Positions 1-10,374 of a DNA stretch of 64,000 nt are shown piece by piece. The stretch lies in the NCBI GenBank assembly GCA_003707115.1, contig PPNB01000008.1, positions 1 to 64,000 of the forward strand, in the 5' to 3' direction. A model generated the notes under the pieces. The model was not told the origin of the DNA. It ran no database searches and saw only the letters and a program-made list of their open reading frames with translations. This stretch comes from Tortispora ganteri. Taxonomy: Eukaryota. The position numbers and the translations under genes were made by a program. Numbering within the stretch: the stretch's first letter is position 1; every line of letters starts with the position of its first letter.

Positions 1-1194
1 GAAGGACTCGCCTCCAGCTCGTCAAATCACAGATCTTCTTCTTTCACAACACCACGAACAGGATCTTCTACTGCTCCTTCAAATTCTTTTTCGCATTCTC
101 CAAATGACTCTATAGACATTTCAGAAACTTCTACTGGTAGTGACGTCCAGCTCACACGGGTTCTTCCAGCGTCTCGGCCTAGAGTTCAGTGGAGATCGCC
201 TGTCTCGTCGGATGACGTCCTGCTAGTAGACTCTCGCTCAACGCCTGTTGCGCAAAATATACCACCATCAGAAGAAGTGGAATTTGTGCACGAACAACCT
301 GGATCTCGTGGGTCTGATATAGACCCTTTTGATGTTGTTTTTACAAATGTACAACCAGCAGAACCTCGAGGCCCAACCACTTTTAACGGGCCTTCAGATA
401 TACGGCTGCGATCGCCCGAACTCGACTACATTAACGACTACAGAACTCTCTCCCGCAACAGCCCTATACCTTCAAATATCAGCAGAAATAGAATCTCCTC
501 ATTACGGCGGACCCCAGCCATTAGAGTCTCGAATAACTCTCGCAGGCGCCCTTATCAGGGGGCTTTGATAAATGCTGCACGTCGGTTCGACAATAGCAGA
601 ATGCCACGGCCAGTTACTGGATTCTTGGATTTTTTCCTTGGAGACTATTCGCAACCTTCAGACACTGATTCTTCTATCGGTGATATCTCTACAAGCTCTT
701 CTATATCAGACCTTTTCGACAGAGCTTTGTCTTACATAGACTTTCACGCCTTATCTTCAAACGAATCCCGAATGCTAGAAGAAGCAGAAAACCGCCACAA
801 AAGGGAAGTCACGAAAGATCTCCGGAAACACCCAAAGACCAAAAGTCCTTTTAGCAGTTCTATAGATTCAGCGAAAACTATGGTTTGTACTCGCTGTGAT
901 AATGAGCTATGTACACCACGACCTCTGCAACCACAGAATGGGCTTGGCACCGATGACGCGGAAACAGTAACTAAGTCTAAACCAGTACAGAAACATAAAG
1001 CTAGGACGCCTCAGTCTTTGCCTGAATTGGAATCTCGCACTTTTGCCTGCACTAAATGTGGGCATCTTTATTGCGGACGTTGCGTAACAGAATTGCGGCA
1101 AGCTGTGAGGCGAAAGAAACCTGAGAAGTGTGCAGCCCCTGAGTGCCAACAGCAACTCAAAGGCCCGAAATTAATGACGGAACTGTTTTTATGA
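1..1194 (+). CDS. SLX5: SUMO-targeted ubiquitin ligase subunit, Slx5-like RING protein (5'-partial)
   Basis: Frame is open from base 1. It has several SIM-like motifs (SIDIS, DVLLVD, EEVEFV, DVVFT). The C-terminal split RING CxxC...SRTFACTKCGHLYCGRC...CAAPEC...ELFL resembles the Slx5 C-terminus. Confidence 0.75.
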   Translation, partial: EGLASSSSNHRSSSFTTPRTGSSTAPSNSFSHSPNDSIDISETSTGSDVQLTRVLPASRPRVQWRSPVSSDDVLLVDSRSTPVAQNIPPSEEVEFVHEQPGSRGSDIDPFDVVFTNVQPAEPRGPTTFNGPSDIRLRSPELDYINDYRTLSRNSPIPSNISRNRISSLRRTPAIRVSNNSRRRPYQGALINAARRFDNSRMPRPVTGFLDFFLGDYSQPSDTDSSIGDISTSSSISDLFDRALSYIDFHALSSNESRMLEEAENRHKREVTKDLRKHPKTKSPFSSSIDSAKTMVCTRCDNELCTPRPLQPQNGLGTDDAETVTKSKPVQKHKARTPQSLPELESRTFACTKCGHLYCGRCVTELRQAVRRKKPEKCAAPECQQQLKGPKLMTELFL

Positions 1195-1268
1195 TTTACA
1201 TAATAATCTAAGCACTAGAAATTTCAAGTGTATTATTTACACTCTCACTGTAGCAAGGGACATGATGA

Positions 1269-2291
1269 TCAACTCTCGTTATCTTTTTCCTCACGCCCAT
1301 TTTCGCCCCTAGATTTAATCCATTCTGCGGATCCTGAAGACCTGGGATTTAGTCTCAGTGAAGTGATGTCCGGAAGACTTTCTGCGTCGGCTTTGTATGA
1401 ATTCAGTTCTACTAATTCTTGTACATCCTCGTAGTATATGCAAAGAAGTTGCTCTATCGGAAACTTTCTATATCTGAGCCGCAGCAGAGCTAGTAAACTC
1501 TTTAAGTGTGCTTCAGGTATCAAGTACCTTGGCAGTTGATCCTCTATACTTCTGATGTACCTGCTGGATACATCAATTGGACCTGACGCTTCGAATGCAA
1601 TGCAATACGCCATCTTCTTGCCCCAACCTTTAGAATATAGAAGAGGGTTGTCCCATGCGTTTTCGCATGGATCTGTATGAATCCATCTCTTTTGATGTGG
1701 CGAGTACACTTCGATCCATACGTGATCTTCGCTGTTCCAGACGAATCTAACTTTGGAGCCGAGCGCCCGACACAATAATCCAAAGGCGTTAGCCCATTCG
1801 CCACATCTTCCACGCCTAGTTTGCAAAAGAATGGCCGGGTTATTATATCTAGGAAACCTCTCTATAGCACCGCAGTTGTTAGAAGTACATTTATATACTT
1901 CGACTCTGCCAGCGCCAAACTTCTGTTCGTCTACAGTGGGGTGTGGAGATTCGGTTGAGGGTTGCGTCGAACTGCCGCAGACAGAACAGTTAGGTATATC
2001 AACCCATGTAAAAAAATCATTCTTGAACCAGTTAAGAAGTTCCTTTATAAGTGCATCCTGATGGTTTTCAGGGTCTGCGTCTGCAAAGTTATATAATCGT
2101 TCTAAAGGAAGGACGGCGAGTGCTTGATCTAAGATTGAGCTATCTTCGTATCTCAACACAGTGTTCATATTTCCAGCAAATACCTGCGCCATTTGGTTCG
2201 GATGGAAATCTTTGGCAAATTTCTGATCTAACAATAGCGCATATTTTGCCACAATATATTTCATCGGGTCATCTTTATCATATTGGTCCAT
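1269..2291 (-). CDS. PNG1: Peptide:N-glycanase
   Basis: LLNWFKNDFFTWVD, two CxxC-type zinc pairs, TRRGRCGEWAN, EDHVWIEVYS, HTDPCE (transglutaminase-like Cys-His-Asp triad). Confidence 0.95.
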   Translation of the reverse strand: MDQYDKDDPMKYIVAKYALLLDQKFAKDFHPNQMAQVFAGNMNTVLRYEDSSILDQALAVLPLERLYNFADADPENHQDALIKELLNWFKNDFFTWVDIPNCSVCGSSTQPSTESPHPTVDEQKFGAGRVEVYKCTSNNCGAIERFPRYNNPAILLQTRRGRCGEWANAFGLLCRALGSKVRFVWNSEDHVWIEVYSPHQKRWIHTDPCENAWDNPLLYSKGWGKKMAYCIAFEASGPIDVSSRYIRSIEDQLPRYLIPEAHLKSLLALLRLRYRKFPIEQLLCIYYEDVQELVELNSYKADAESLPDITSLRLNPRSSGSAEWIKSRGENGREEKDNES

Positions 2292-2459
2292 GTTGAATCC
2301 CAGTGTCAGAGAACTCCCAATCTATTCAAAGAGGGTTTGATCGATAAATCAAAAGAGATCTAGTACGAAACGTTTACGTTGATATAAAAAAGATGTTTAT
2401 ATAGCAGTCGTATCGTTTTCAATACTATCTGATAACAGCATAATCCATAACATACACCA

Positions 2460-2942
2460 ATGACTGGTAAAGAATTAAAGCAAAAAGTGTTGCAATCAAA
2501 TAACCTTAACCTGCTAAAGTTAACCAAGTTGATCGACGATCTTCCTGTAACGATCAACATCCTTGAATCACTTTCGGACGAAGATGAATTATATTTGGAT
2601 GATCTAAACAAGTTATTAGTGGCGAGTGGAAGATTAATCAAGTTATGTGCGCGTCTACGGCTATTTTTATGCCTAAATCGTCAAGAGAACAAAAAACTTT
2701 ATCATATCTGGATTCCGTTCATTGGTTCGTTTCATCACTCGACACGATACGACAATATAACTATAACCAATAAAATGACGTTCACGGAAATAAGGTTGCT
2801 GCTGAACAAACTGCAGACATATATAAATACAACTGCATCTGAACTGCGACGCGTTATTCTTAATACCCCTGAAAAGTGTGTATATAATCCGTCTTTGGAT
2901 ATCTTGACTCACGCTTTACTCCTAGCTAGCTTGTTTGCTTAA
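2460..2942 (+). CDS. Hypothetical 160-aa protein
   Basis: ATG-initiated, Leu-rich ORF with no recognised motif. It ends 7 nt before the RIM4 ATG. Confidence 0.45.
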   Translation: MTGKELKQKVLQSNNLNLLKLTKLIDDLPVTINILESLSDEDELYLDDLNKLLVASGRLIKLCARLRLFLCLNRQENKKLYHIWIPFIGSFHHSTRYDNITITNKMTFTEIRLLLNKLQTYINTTASELRRVILNTPEKCVYNPSLDILTHALLLASLFA

Positions 2943-2949
2943 AAAAAAA

Positions 2950-4932
2950 ATGGCTTCTTCTTCGCGCTCCTCCTCTTCAGCTTCATCTGCGTCCGTTATA
3001 TCTTCATCTGCTCATTCCTCACATCCGCCTTGCTCCGTTCAGCCCGCAGTCCCTGACACTGCGGTCATGTTCTCTAACAAATATCGCACTCATCCATCTC
3101 ACTGCTTATTCGTGGCGAACCTGGCAATCTCAAAGCCAAATGCTGAACTTCATGCTGCCCTTCGCAAACTGTTCCAGCGTTGGAACTGCCATTCTGTAAA
3201 GGTTCTCAGAGACTATTCCGATAGACCTTATGCTTTCGTTCACTTCCATAGTATTGGGGATGCTAGCAGTGCCTTGAAGGCTGCACACGGCTCTGACTTG
3301 TTGGGCCATTCGATTCGCTGCGAACCCGCTTCAATTAACAGGACCTTCTCAATCGCTTTCGCATCCGGCCAGCCTGTCTCAGATTCCTCTATCAGAGATT
3401 TGTGCACCACTTTCGGTTATATCGAACAGGTAGTTATCCCTACTCATGCTTACTCTCCTAGCGCTCCCGCCCCGTATTCAACTGCTTATGTCCAGTTTGG
3501 TTATCGCGATGACGCTATCCGTGCATATGCAACGCTCCGTGACGACCCAGGGTTGATTCTTTCTTGGTGCAAGAATATAAACCCGGATGTCGCAATCTTG
3601 CTCACTGATCCTCCTTCAGCTTCTTCCGTTATAATAGGCCACTTCGTCAACACAACGTTGTCGCAAGCCGATGCCCTTGATCTTCTCGAACCATACGGTC
3701 CAATCGTATCTTGTCAGGTGGTCAGCCGATTTGGTAGATTCGAAGCATTAGAGAACCCTAGGTTTCGGACTAAGAAAACTTCTGGCCATGTTCGTTCTTT
3801 GCATTCGTATATCTTCGCATCCTTCGAAGACAAAAAATCAGTCAGTCGCGCTATAAAGGGCTTAAGTTCGGCTTCCGTCTACGGATCTGCAGTCTATATA
3901 GTCAGGCGTGACGCTGCTCGTGAATCATCGTACTTGAAACAGTTTCCTGTACCGGTGGCCGAACCGAGAGAATATCATCACAGCTTAAGAGTTCCAGCCG
4001 TTGATTTTAGCCATGTCACTGCGGGCAACGATCACTCGTATCATACTCGCGCACCTGGAACAGATGATCAGGTGCCAGTTCACTCTGGAAAGCCTCACCT
4101 CTCAACTGAGGTGCGCGTCTCACTTGGCGAGTTATCAAGTGCATCAAACGTCCTAAACGTGCAAGCACAATCTCATTCCTCACCATCTGCAATGAAATGC
4201 TCTGCCTCTTCCGCTTATACAACTGCCCAGAAGAATGATGCTCCAGAAGTTCCTTCTAATAATAATAACGCTACTTATAGTCCCAGGTCCTGCAAAGCGT
4301 CTTGTGGAACCGCCAGTTCCGTGAATTCGCCAAGTCGATACTATAATAACAAAAGCGTTGACTATAATGAGCAGCAAAAGCAACACCATAACTATCATCA
4401 GCATCAGCGACAGGAATTACCTTCTATCAATTCGCAAAACTATGATCTTGTCATACCTTCCAATTGGTATCCTTACGGGAACATGTACTATGACTATATG
4501 CCCTATGATGCAGGAATGACCACTGGTTTTTATGGGGCTCCAGGTGCGGTTGCTGGGCCGGCCACAGGGGTTTGGCTTCCAGACTCTTCAGGGGTGACAG
4601 AATCTGTTTATCCAAAGGAATCTGCGCTTAATGTAGCATCTCCAGGTATGTTATGGTACCCACCACCAGGCTCGGCCTCGTATCCGAGCAGTGTGAAGAC
4701 CAATTATGGCTCTGACTTGGCACCATCTCGAGCGGAGTACCACATGGCCATGTACAACTACTGCATGTATAGAAACATGCTTAATATGCATATGATGCCT
4801 GTTAAAATGGATACTCCAACGTCTTCCGGGATGATCAGTTCTTCCAATGGAATGAACAACGATTGGGGTTCTTTTATGACGCCGACAATACCGTCCACTG
4901 CTCCTCTATTCAGTGCTGGAGCAAGTTTTTGA
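2950..4932 (+). CDS. RIM4: Meiotic RRM RNA-binding protein, Rim4-like
   Basis: RRM1 PSHCLFVANL...VKVLRDYSDRPYAFVHF...IRCEPASINRT matches the Rim4 RRM. RRM2 has YVQFGYRDDAIRAY, followed by a third RRM and an S/N/Q/Y/M-rich low-complexity tail. The first ATG is at 2950 (the track start at 2935 is non-ATG). Confidence 0.85.
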   Translation: MASSSRSSSSASSASVISSSAHSSHPPCSVQPAVPDTAVMFSNKYRTHPSHCLFVANLAISKPNAELHAALRKLFQRWNCHSVKVLRDYSDRPYAFVHFHSIGDASSALKAAHGSDLLGHSIRCEPASINRTFSIAFASGQPVSDSSIRDLCTTFGYIEQVVIPTHAYSPSAPAPYSTAYVQFGYRDDAIRAYATLRDDPGLILSWCKNINPDVAILLTDPPSASSVIIGHFVNTTLSQADALDLLEPYGPIVSCQVVSRFGRFEALENPRFRTKKTSGHVRSLHSYIFASFEDKKSVSRAIKGLSSASVYGSAVYIVRRDAARESSYLKQFPVPVAEPREYHHSLRVPAVDFSHVTAGNDHSYHTRAPGTDDQVPVHSGKPHLSTEVRVSLGELSSASNVLNVQAQSHSSPSAMKCSASSAYTTAQKNDAPEVPSNNNNATYSPRSCKASCGTASSVNSPSRYYNNKSVDYNEQQKQHHNYHQHQRQELPSINSQNYDLVIPSNWYPYGNMYYDYMPYDAGMTTGFYGAPGAVAGPATGVWLPDSSGVTESVYPKESALNVASPGMLWYPPPGSASYPSSVKTNYGSDLAPSRAEYHMAMYNYCMYRNMLNMHMMPVKMDTPTSSGMISSSNGMNNDWGSFMTPTIPSTAPLFSAGASF

Positions 4933-5249
4933 ACTAAGAATGCTCAATAAAAACTTCTTCCGGTTTGGGGGGCTGTACCAAGTTCATTTAATTGCATTTG
5001 ATCAGCCAAAAAAAAGCAATCAAATCTGGTTGCAATATAATTCGGTGCTTCGTGATTTCCTTAACGGTTACTTGAATCGCTAATTTCCCCGATTACTTTA
5101 CTTTTGTCCCACCTTATAGCTACTTTGTCTTATCAACTCCCACACCAGGGAGTATTAATTCGCATATAAGCCTGCATTGGCCATAGCCATTATTTGCCAA
5201 ACCCCACAGAATATAAGGAAGAAAAAAGGAAAAGAAATTTTTTCTAATC

Positions 5250-6848
5250 ATGCAGTCCTCAGGAGATAAACACAATAACAGGGCTATATTCACACTAGGG
5301 CCTTCTATGGCATCAGCACCGCCAAGGCGTCGGTCGAGGCCGTCTATACATTCTCGCAGATCGTCATCAAGGAGAGGATCGCATTCGCGGTCTCAGTCTG
5401 TAGGGCCAGGGAGTGATGACGACAGTATACCACACGCCAATGTCACTATAGACCATTTGTTGCCTGTCCCGTACCTTAAGGAAGACGTGCTTAGGCTTAT
5501 TTCCCGCCTGGGGCTTCCTAAATGGAAAAGGTACAATATCGAGCCTGCTGATCTTACTATCAGAAGATTATCTGGGGCACTTACAAATGCAGTATTTGAA
5601 GTCAAACCACCGCCTATTGAAGGGAAAAAGACACTGAAGTCGTTGCTACTGCGCATATACGGTCCCCATGTGGAGCATCTAATCGACCGCGAAGCTGAAC
5701 TGCAGACTCTTGCTCGACTAGCGAAACGCAAAATTGGGCCTAGACTGTTAGGTACATTTTTAAATGGACGGATAGAGGAGTTTCTAATGGCCGAGCCGTT
5801 GACGAAAGAAGATCTAAGGGCCCCGCGCACGTATGTGCAGATTGCTCGACGGATGCGCGAGCTACATGACGGCGTGGACTTGACCGAAGAGGAGCGTAAC
5901 AAAGGGCCTTTAGCATTCGAAAATATAAAAAACTGGAAAGATAGGGCCAAGAAAGCGTTGGAAGCGGCTGATGAGCGTGACGGGAAACCTCCGGGTACCA
6001 ATGCTAAAGAAGTTCTCGGCACGAATTTTGAAAAGTTCGTCGAGGCAGTCGAAGCCTGTATGAAGTCTATCATTGCATACTACAAAGGTACTGAGAAAAT
6101 TAAGGAAAAAATGGTTTTTGCGCATAATGATGCACAGTACGGAAACCTACTGCGAGTCATTCCTCCCGAAGGCTCACCGTTGCTTGTACCGCAGAACGAG
6201 CACAGACAATTGGTGGTGATTGATTTCGAGTATGCTGGACCAAATATGCGAGCATTTGATATATCCAACCATTTCTGCGAATGGATGTCCGATTTCCACG
6301 ATTCAGGGCGACCTGAGATGGTACATACAGACAAGTATCCGGCAACCAGTGACCAGATCAACTGGATTACTGCGTATGTAGAGCGAGGACTTGATACCGA
6401 GTCGGAAGACTTCCATCTTGATACAATGACCGAAGAAATTAAGAGTCTCGTGCACGAAGTTAATGTGTGGAGACCGCTTGTGAACGCCGTATGGACGATA
6501 TGGGGCCTTGTTCAAGCGCCAATTGACGAAGAGCAAGAAGAGATCAAGGTGCTGGAAAGAAGTCTGTCCAAGTATAGCATTGTTACGAGTAATGCGAGTT
6601 CATCTGCGGCAACAACGCCAACATTCTATTCAACAGATAAAGCGTTGCCACGAATAACTTCGATAACGTCACTGACAAGCAAGCAGGCCGAAGAGGCGGC
6701 GCTAATCGAACCTGAGACCGAGGACCTCGAGAGCCAGTTTGACTATCTGTACTACGCAAGCCAGAAGGCGAAGATATTCTGGGGCGACATTATCGCGCAG
6801 AATATTGCTGAATTTAGCGGGCCTGCGACTATAATACCTGTTAAATAA
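5250..6848 (+). CDS. CKI1: Choline/ethanolamine kinase
   Basis: LSGALTNAVF, LLLRIYG, Brenner motif FAHNDAQYGNLL, VIDFEY, DISNHFCEW. Confidence 0.9.
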   Translation: MQSSGDKHNNRAIFTLGPSMASAPPRRRSRPSIHSRRSSSRRGSHSRSQSVGPGSDDDSIPHANVTIDHLLPVPYLKEDVLRLISRLGLPKWKRYNIEPADLTIRRLSGALTNAVFEVKPPPIEGKKTLKSLLLRIYGPHVEHLIDREAELQTLARLAKRKIGPRLLGTFLNGRIEEFLMAEPLTKEDLRAPRTYVQIARRMRELHDGVDLTEEERNKGPLAFENIKNWKDRAKKALEAADERDGKPPGTNAKEVLGTNFEKFVEAVEACMKSIIAYYKGTEKIKEKMVFAHNDAQYGNLLRVIPPEGSPLLVPQNEHRQLVVIDFEYAGPNMRAFDISNHFCEWMSDFHDSGRPEMVHTDKYPATSDQINWITAYVERGLDTESEDFHLDTMTEEIKSLVHEVNVWRPLVNAVWTIWGLVQAPIDEEQEEIKVLERSLSKYSIVTSNASSSAATTPTFYSTDKALPRITSITSLTSKQAEEAALIEPETEDLESQFDYLYYASQKAKIFWGDIIAQNIAEFSGPATIIPVK

Positions 6849-7015
6849 CACCTTGCTATCATCACAGTCTTTATAATGGTTACCCTACCTAACTTTTCTT
6901 GATCCCAAAACAGGATTGTAAGCTTACTAGACCGCCCCCACCTGAGCTCAGCCATACTTTAAAGAGCCGAGATCGAAAGCAATAAAGCCAGCTAAAAGGA
7001 GGGCAGCAACAAGCC

Positions 7016-7522
7016 ATGGAAGAGGAAGACTATGTGATAATAACGCCGCAGATGGCTATAGAAGACAAAGAATGGGCCGAATGCGGCGGTGTGGAAGATT
7101 ATGAATATGAGACGGAATCATGTAAGTCCTTTACGTCCAATTCAGTTTCGACGCCTAGTTCACTTCGTACGCATTCAAGTCAAGACATATTAGATTTGGA
7201 AGCAGAATTGAATTCGAGTTCTGCTGAAGATACGGGTGGACTTAGCGGACTAGGCGAACTACAGGGGTTGCTGGATCTGTCGCCAATCAGTTCGCTTATT
7301 GAACAATCGACAGATCAGATAATATCTACGATTACCGCAATTCCCGATTGTGCTCCCCTAAGCACGATTTTAGAATACACAGACTCTCTCAACAGATTAG
7401 CTTCAATCGCTCTGTCCAGGGACTACATCGAAGAAGCGAAATCTGCTGCGGCTTCGATCCAGTCCTTCCTTGAGTCTGTGCAAACAGAATTGCAGAAAAT
7501 GACAATTATCGAGGATACGTGA
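7016..7522 (+). CDS. Hypothetical acidic 168-aa protein
   Basis: ATG in good context (GCCATGG). Acidic N-terminus and predicted helical C-terminus; no family recognised. Confidence 0.65.
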   Translation: MEEEDYVIITPQMAIEDKEWAECGGVEDYEYETESCKSFTSNSVSTPSSLRTHSSQDILDLEAELNSSSAEDTGGLSGLGELQGLLDLSPISSLIEQSTDQIISTITAIPDCAPLSTILEYTDSLNRLASIALSRDYIEEAKSAAASIQSFLESVQTELQKMTIIEDT

Positions 7523-8142
7523 AAATTGGGCCAGCAAAAAAGTCACACAATGACATATTAAAATAGCCTATGCATATTCACAATGCGGTATTTACGCAAC
7601 AATTTACAGTGCAGCTACTGTCATTACTCCCGCCACTGCTGCAACTAACCACAACAGCTTATAGCATAACCTAGTAATGCTGTTACTCTGGCGGCGCAGT
7701 AATTGGCAAAACTGGCAATAGCATCGGTCCGAATAGACACATAATTGGTAGTTCGTGGCGGTGACTGATTGGAATCTTGAAGGTTCAATATTAATTGGTT
7801 TAGCCGCTGTCCTTCCCCCTCTCTATTAGTTGATCCTATGCACGCAGCTAAAGACCGTCACACTGCTGAATCACATGAACTAATACATGAAATCAGTACT
7901 AACCGGATACCTTGAGTCTTATTTTATCGGAATAATTGTTCTTTTCGCGTATTTTGATCCATTTCCTGACGCTTCTCCACTTTTTGAGCCTCAATCCGGG
8001 TAAGTTTGATCCGACTGTTTGCCTATAAATATGGCACCCCCACCACCCAACGCACTTGACTCATAAAATAATTTCCCTCTTTTCGCTGCTCCTGCGAGTT
8101 TTTCTTGTAAACAGCCTATAAATCGTAAAAACTAAAAAAAAA

Positions 8143-10128
8143 ATGGGCGAACTCTCTCATCAGGCGTCCTACGCAATTATTTACGTAACTTATGGTGCGT
8201 TTCTAATTCTGGGCCTTGCTGTCGCTTATTTTCTTAGCAAATCGACCCAGTTTTTAGCCGCGATAAGATCGCAGCCCCCCATCCCACTAGCTCTGAATTT
8301 CATAGCTTCAGGTATGTAATCCCATTTAAAAAGCCGTCTGGATCTATTTCTGGACTACAGTCATTTTCTCTCATTTATTCTTTTTGTTGCGTTTGTTCAT
8401 ACAACAAGCCGATACCAATACCTATACCACCACCCCCCCTAAAAAGCAGTATTTGCGGGTGCCCCCGCGATATCCTTACTGGAACATCGCAATGGGCTGA
8501 GATTATACCGTCTGAACTCGATCAAGTTAGAACTTGCGTGAGAAATGTACTGCTAGAACCGTAAATAGTTGCCTGACACTTTCGTAGAAGTAGATTCTGT
8601 CTGGTTAAGGCCATTCCGTCTCTACTTCTACGACTTAGTCTTGCAATCGTTACTAACAATCATAGCTATGGGCTGTGGCATCTTTTTTACATATGGTGAA
8701 ATCGGAGCCTTGTTAGGAATACAGGGAGTAATTGTTTATGCTTTATCATCCTCATTGCCCCTGTTGCTCTTTTCTTTGTTCGGTTCTCTTATTCGTAAAC
8801 ATTGCCCTACCGGATTCGTGCTCGAAGAATGGGTCTTCTCGCGGTTCGGTGTTGTCACGGGACTATACTTGGGTGCCTGGACTGTTTTCACTTTGTTTTT
8901 ATACCTAGTTGCGGAACTTTCATCGTTGCAACAGATAATTACGCTGATGACTGGTTTAGACGGTCTTCCACCTCTTATCGTAGAAGCTGGAGTCACTACC
9001 ATCTATACTTTCTTTGGAGGATTTCATACATCCTTTTTCACAGATAAAATTCAAGGTCTCATGATTCTTCTGCTTCTCATTATTTGTTCAGTGGCCATGG
9101 GAACTACTATTGAGATAGACACCAGCTTGATAGAGTCTTCTGAGCTAACTAAGGCGTCATTAGCTGGATGGCAGTTGGTCTACATCCTTCCAGTCGCTAT
9201 TGCTACCAATGACGCCTTCCTTTCGGGCTTTTGGTTGAGAACTTTTGCATCTAGAAACGACAAAGAGCTAGTGATCGCTACAGGATTGGCTACATTTGTA
9301 GTATTTGTTTTCCTTACGCTTATTGGATTCAGCGGTATTCTGGCCGTATGGTCTAACCTTCTCCCAGCAGGCGATTCGGATATGGCATATGCTTCTTTCT
9401 TTATGCTTCTGCAGAACCTGCCATCATGGGTGATGGGATTTGTGTTGGTGTTTGTGATCGCCCTTTCAACCGCAGTAGTCGACACTTTCCAGTCTGCTAT
9501 GACATCTTCGTTATCGAACGATATATTTCGAAACAGACTGCCTCTTTTCTACGTGCGCATTATTGTTATCATTATAATGGTACCTGCTGTTGTTGTTGCG
9601 CTAAAGGCTCTAGACATTTTGCAGATTTTCTTGATCTCCGATCTTGTATCTGCTGCAGTGGTTCCGACGATTCTCCTTGGACTGTCTCGCAAGTTCTATT
9701 TTATTCGAGGATTTGATGTTATGGTTGGAGGATTAGGTGGTATTCTTACCGTTTTTATATTCGGAACTATTTACTATGGGTCTGCTGACCAAGGAGGACG
9801 TTTGTTGCTTGTGGAGCAAGGACTGTACACTGGAGACTGGGGTCCTTTTGGCGCATTTGTGTGTGCACCCGTAGGATCGTACATATGGTGCGGATTGTCT
9901 GTGATAACGCGCGTTATTATTGGACACCTGCGATCGCGTATAACTGGCGCTCCGTTTACTGCGCTGGATCATCTACCGGGACCTCAAGCTAGGCCCGCGC
10001 TGACTGAAGCGCCGACTGGCTATAAGCTGAGACTTGCACCTTTCGAGAACCAAGCTTTACATTCTGAGACAGGAAGCGTTGAATCTGTGTCAGTAAACAA
10101 CAAGCGGTGGTACCAGGAGATTATATGA
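8143..10128 (+). CDS. DUR31: Sodium:solute symporter family transporter, DUR31/NCU01977-type (putative thiamine or precursor transporter); exons 8143-8311 and 8666-10128
   Basis: Exon 1 encodes MGELSHQASYAIIYVTYGAF...LALNFIAS. Intron 8312-8665 has GTATGT, TACTAAC at 8651 and TAG, and rejoins in frame to A-MGCGIFFTY. Many TM helices, GGFHTSFFTDKIQG motif, and a TPP aptamer in the intron. Confidence 0.85.
8445..8554 (+). promoter_or_regulatory. TPP riboswitch aptamer (intronic)
   Basis: P1 AGCAGTAT/GTACTGCT; CGGGTGC; P3 GCCC/GGGC with GCGAT/ATCGC; conserved CTGAGA; ATACC; TGAAC-TCGAT; P5 CAAGT/ACTTG; GCGTGAGAA. All canonical TPP aptamer elements are present in order. Confidence 0.95.
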
Positions 10129-10374
10129 TCGAATTGCACCGAAACGCGTTTATATATTTATTTTTCATACTTTTATACTATCCGTTTGCCGATTAATTTG
10201 GCCTGCGGTGTGCTTGTAGCTCGGTTATAAGCTCGCAATGGGAGACGATTACCGAGGAAGGTTCAAAACCTTAAATCCTGGAAGTGTGGGGTATCCATAT
10301 TTATACCTTGAGCACCCACCACCAAGTCGCTATATCTTTCGCCCTCGGTAGATAAAAACTGCAAAACCAAGTCA

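Noticed and set aside
7523..8142. Long intergenic region upstream of the transporter as an ncRNA or hidden gene
   Set aside because: No ORF, snoRNA boxes or strong stems were recognised. Scattered CGG/CCG triplets and TATA elements fit an ordinary regulated promoter.
8569..8665. ORF-track N-terminus MPDTFVEV... of the transporter
   Set aside because: This is a non-ATG start inside the intron; the real exon 1 is 8143-8311.
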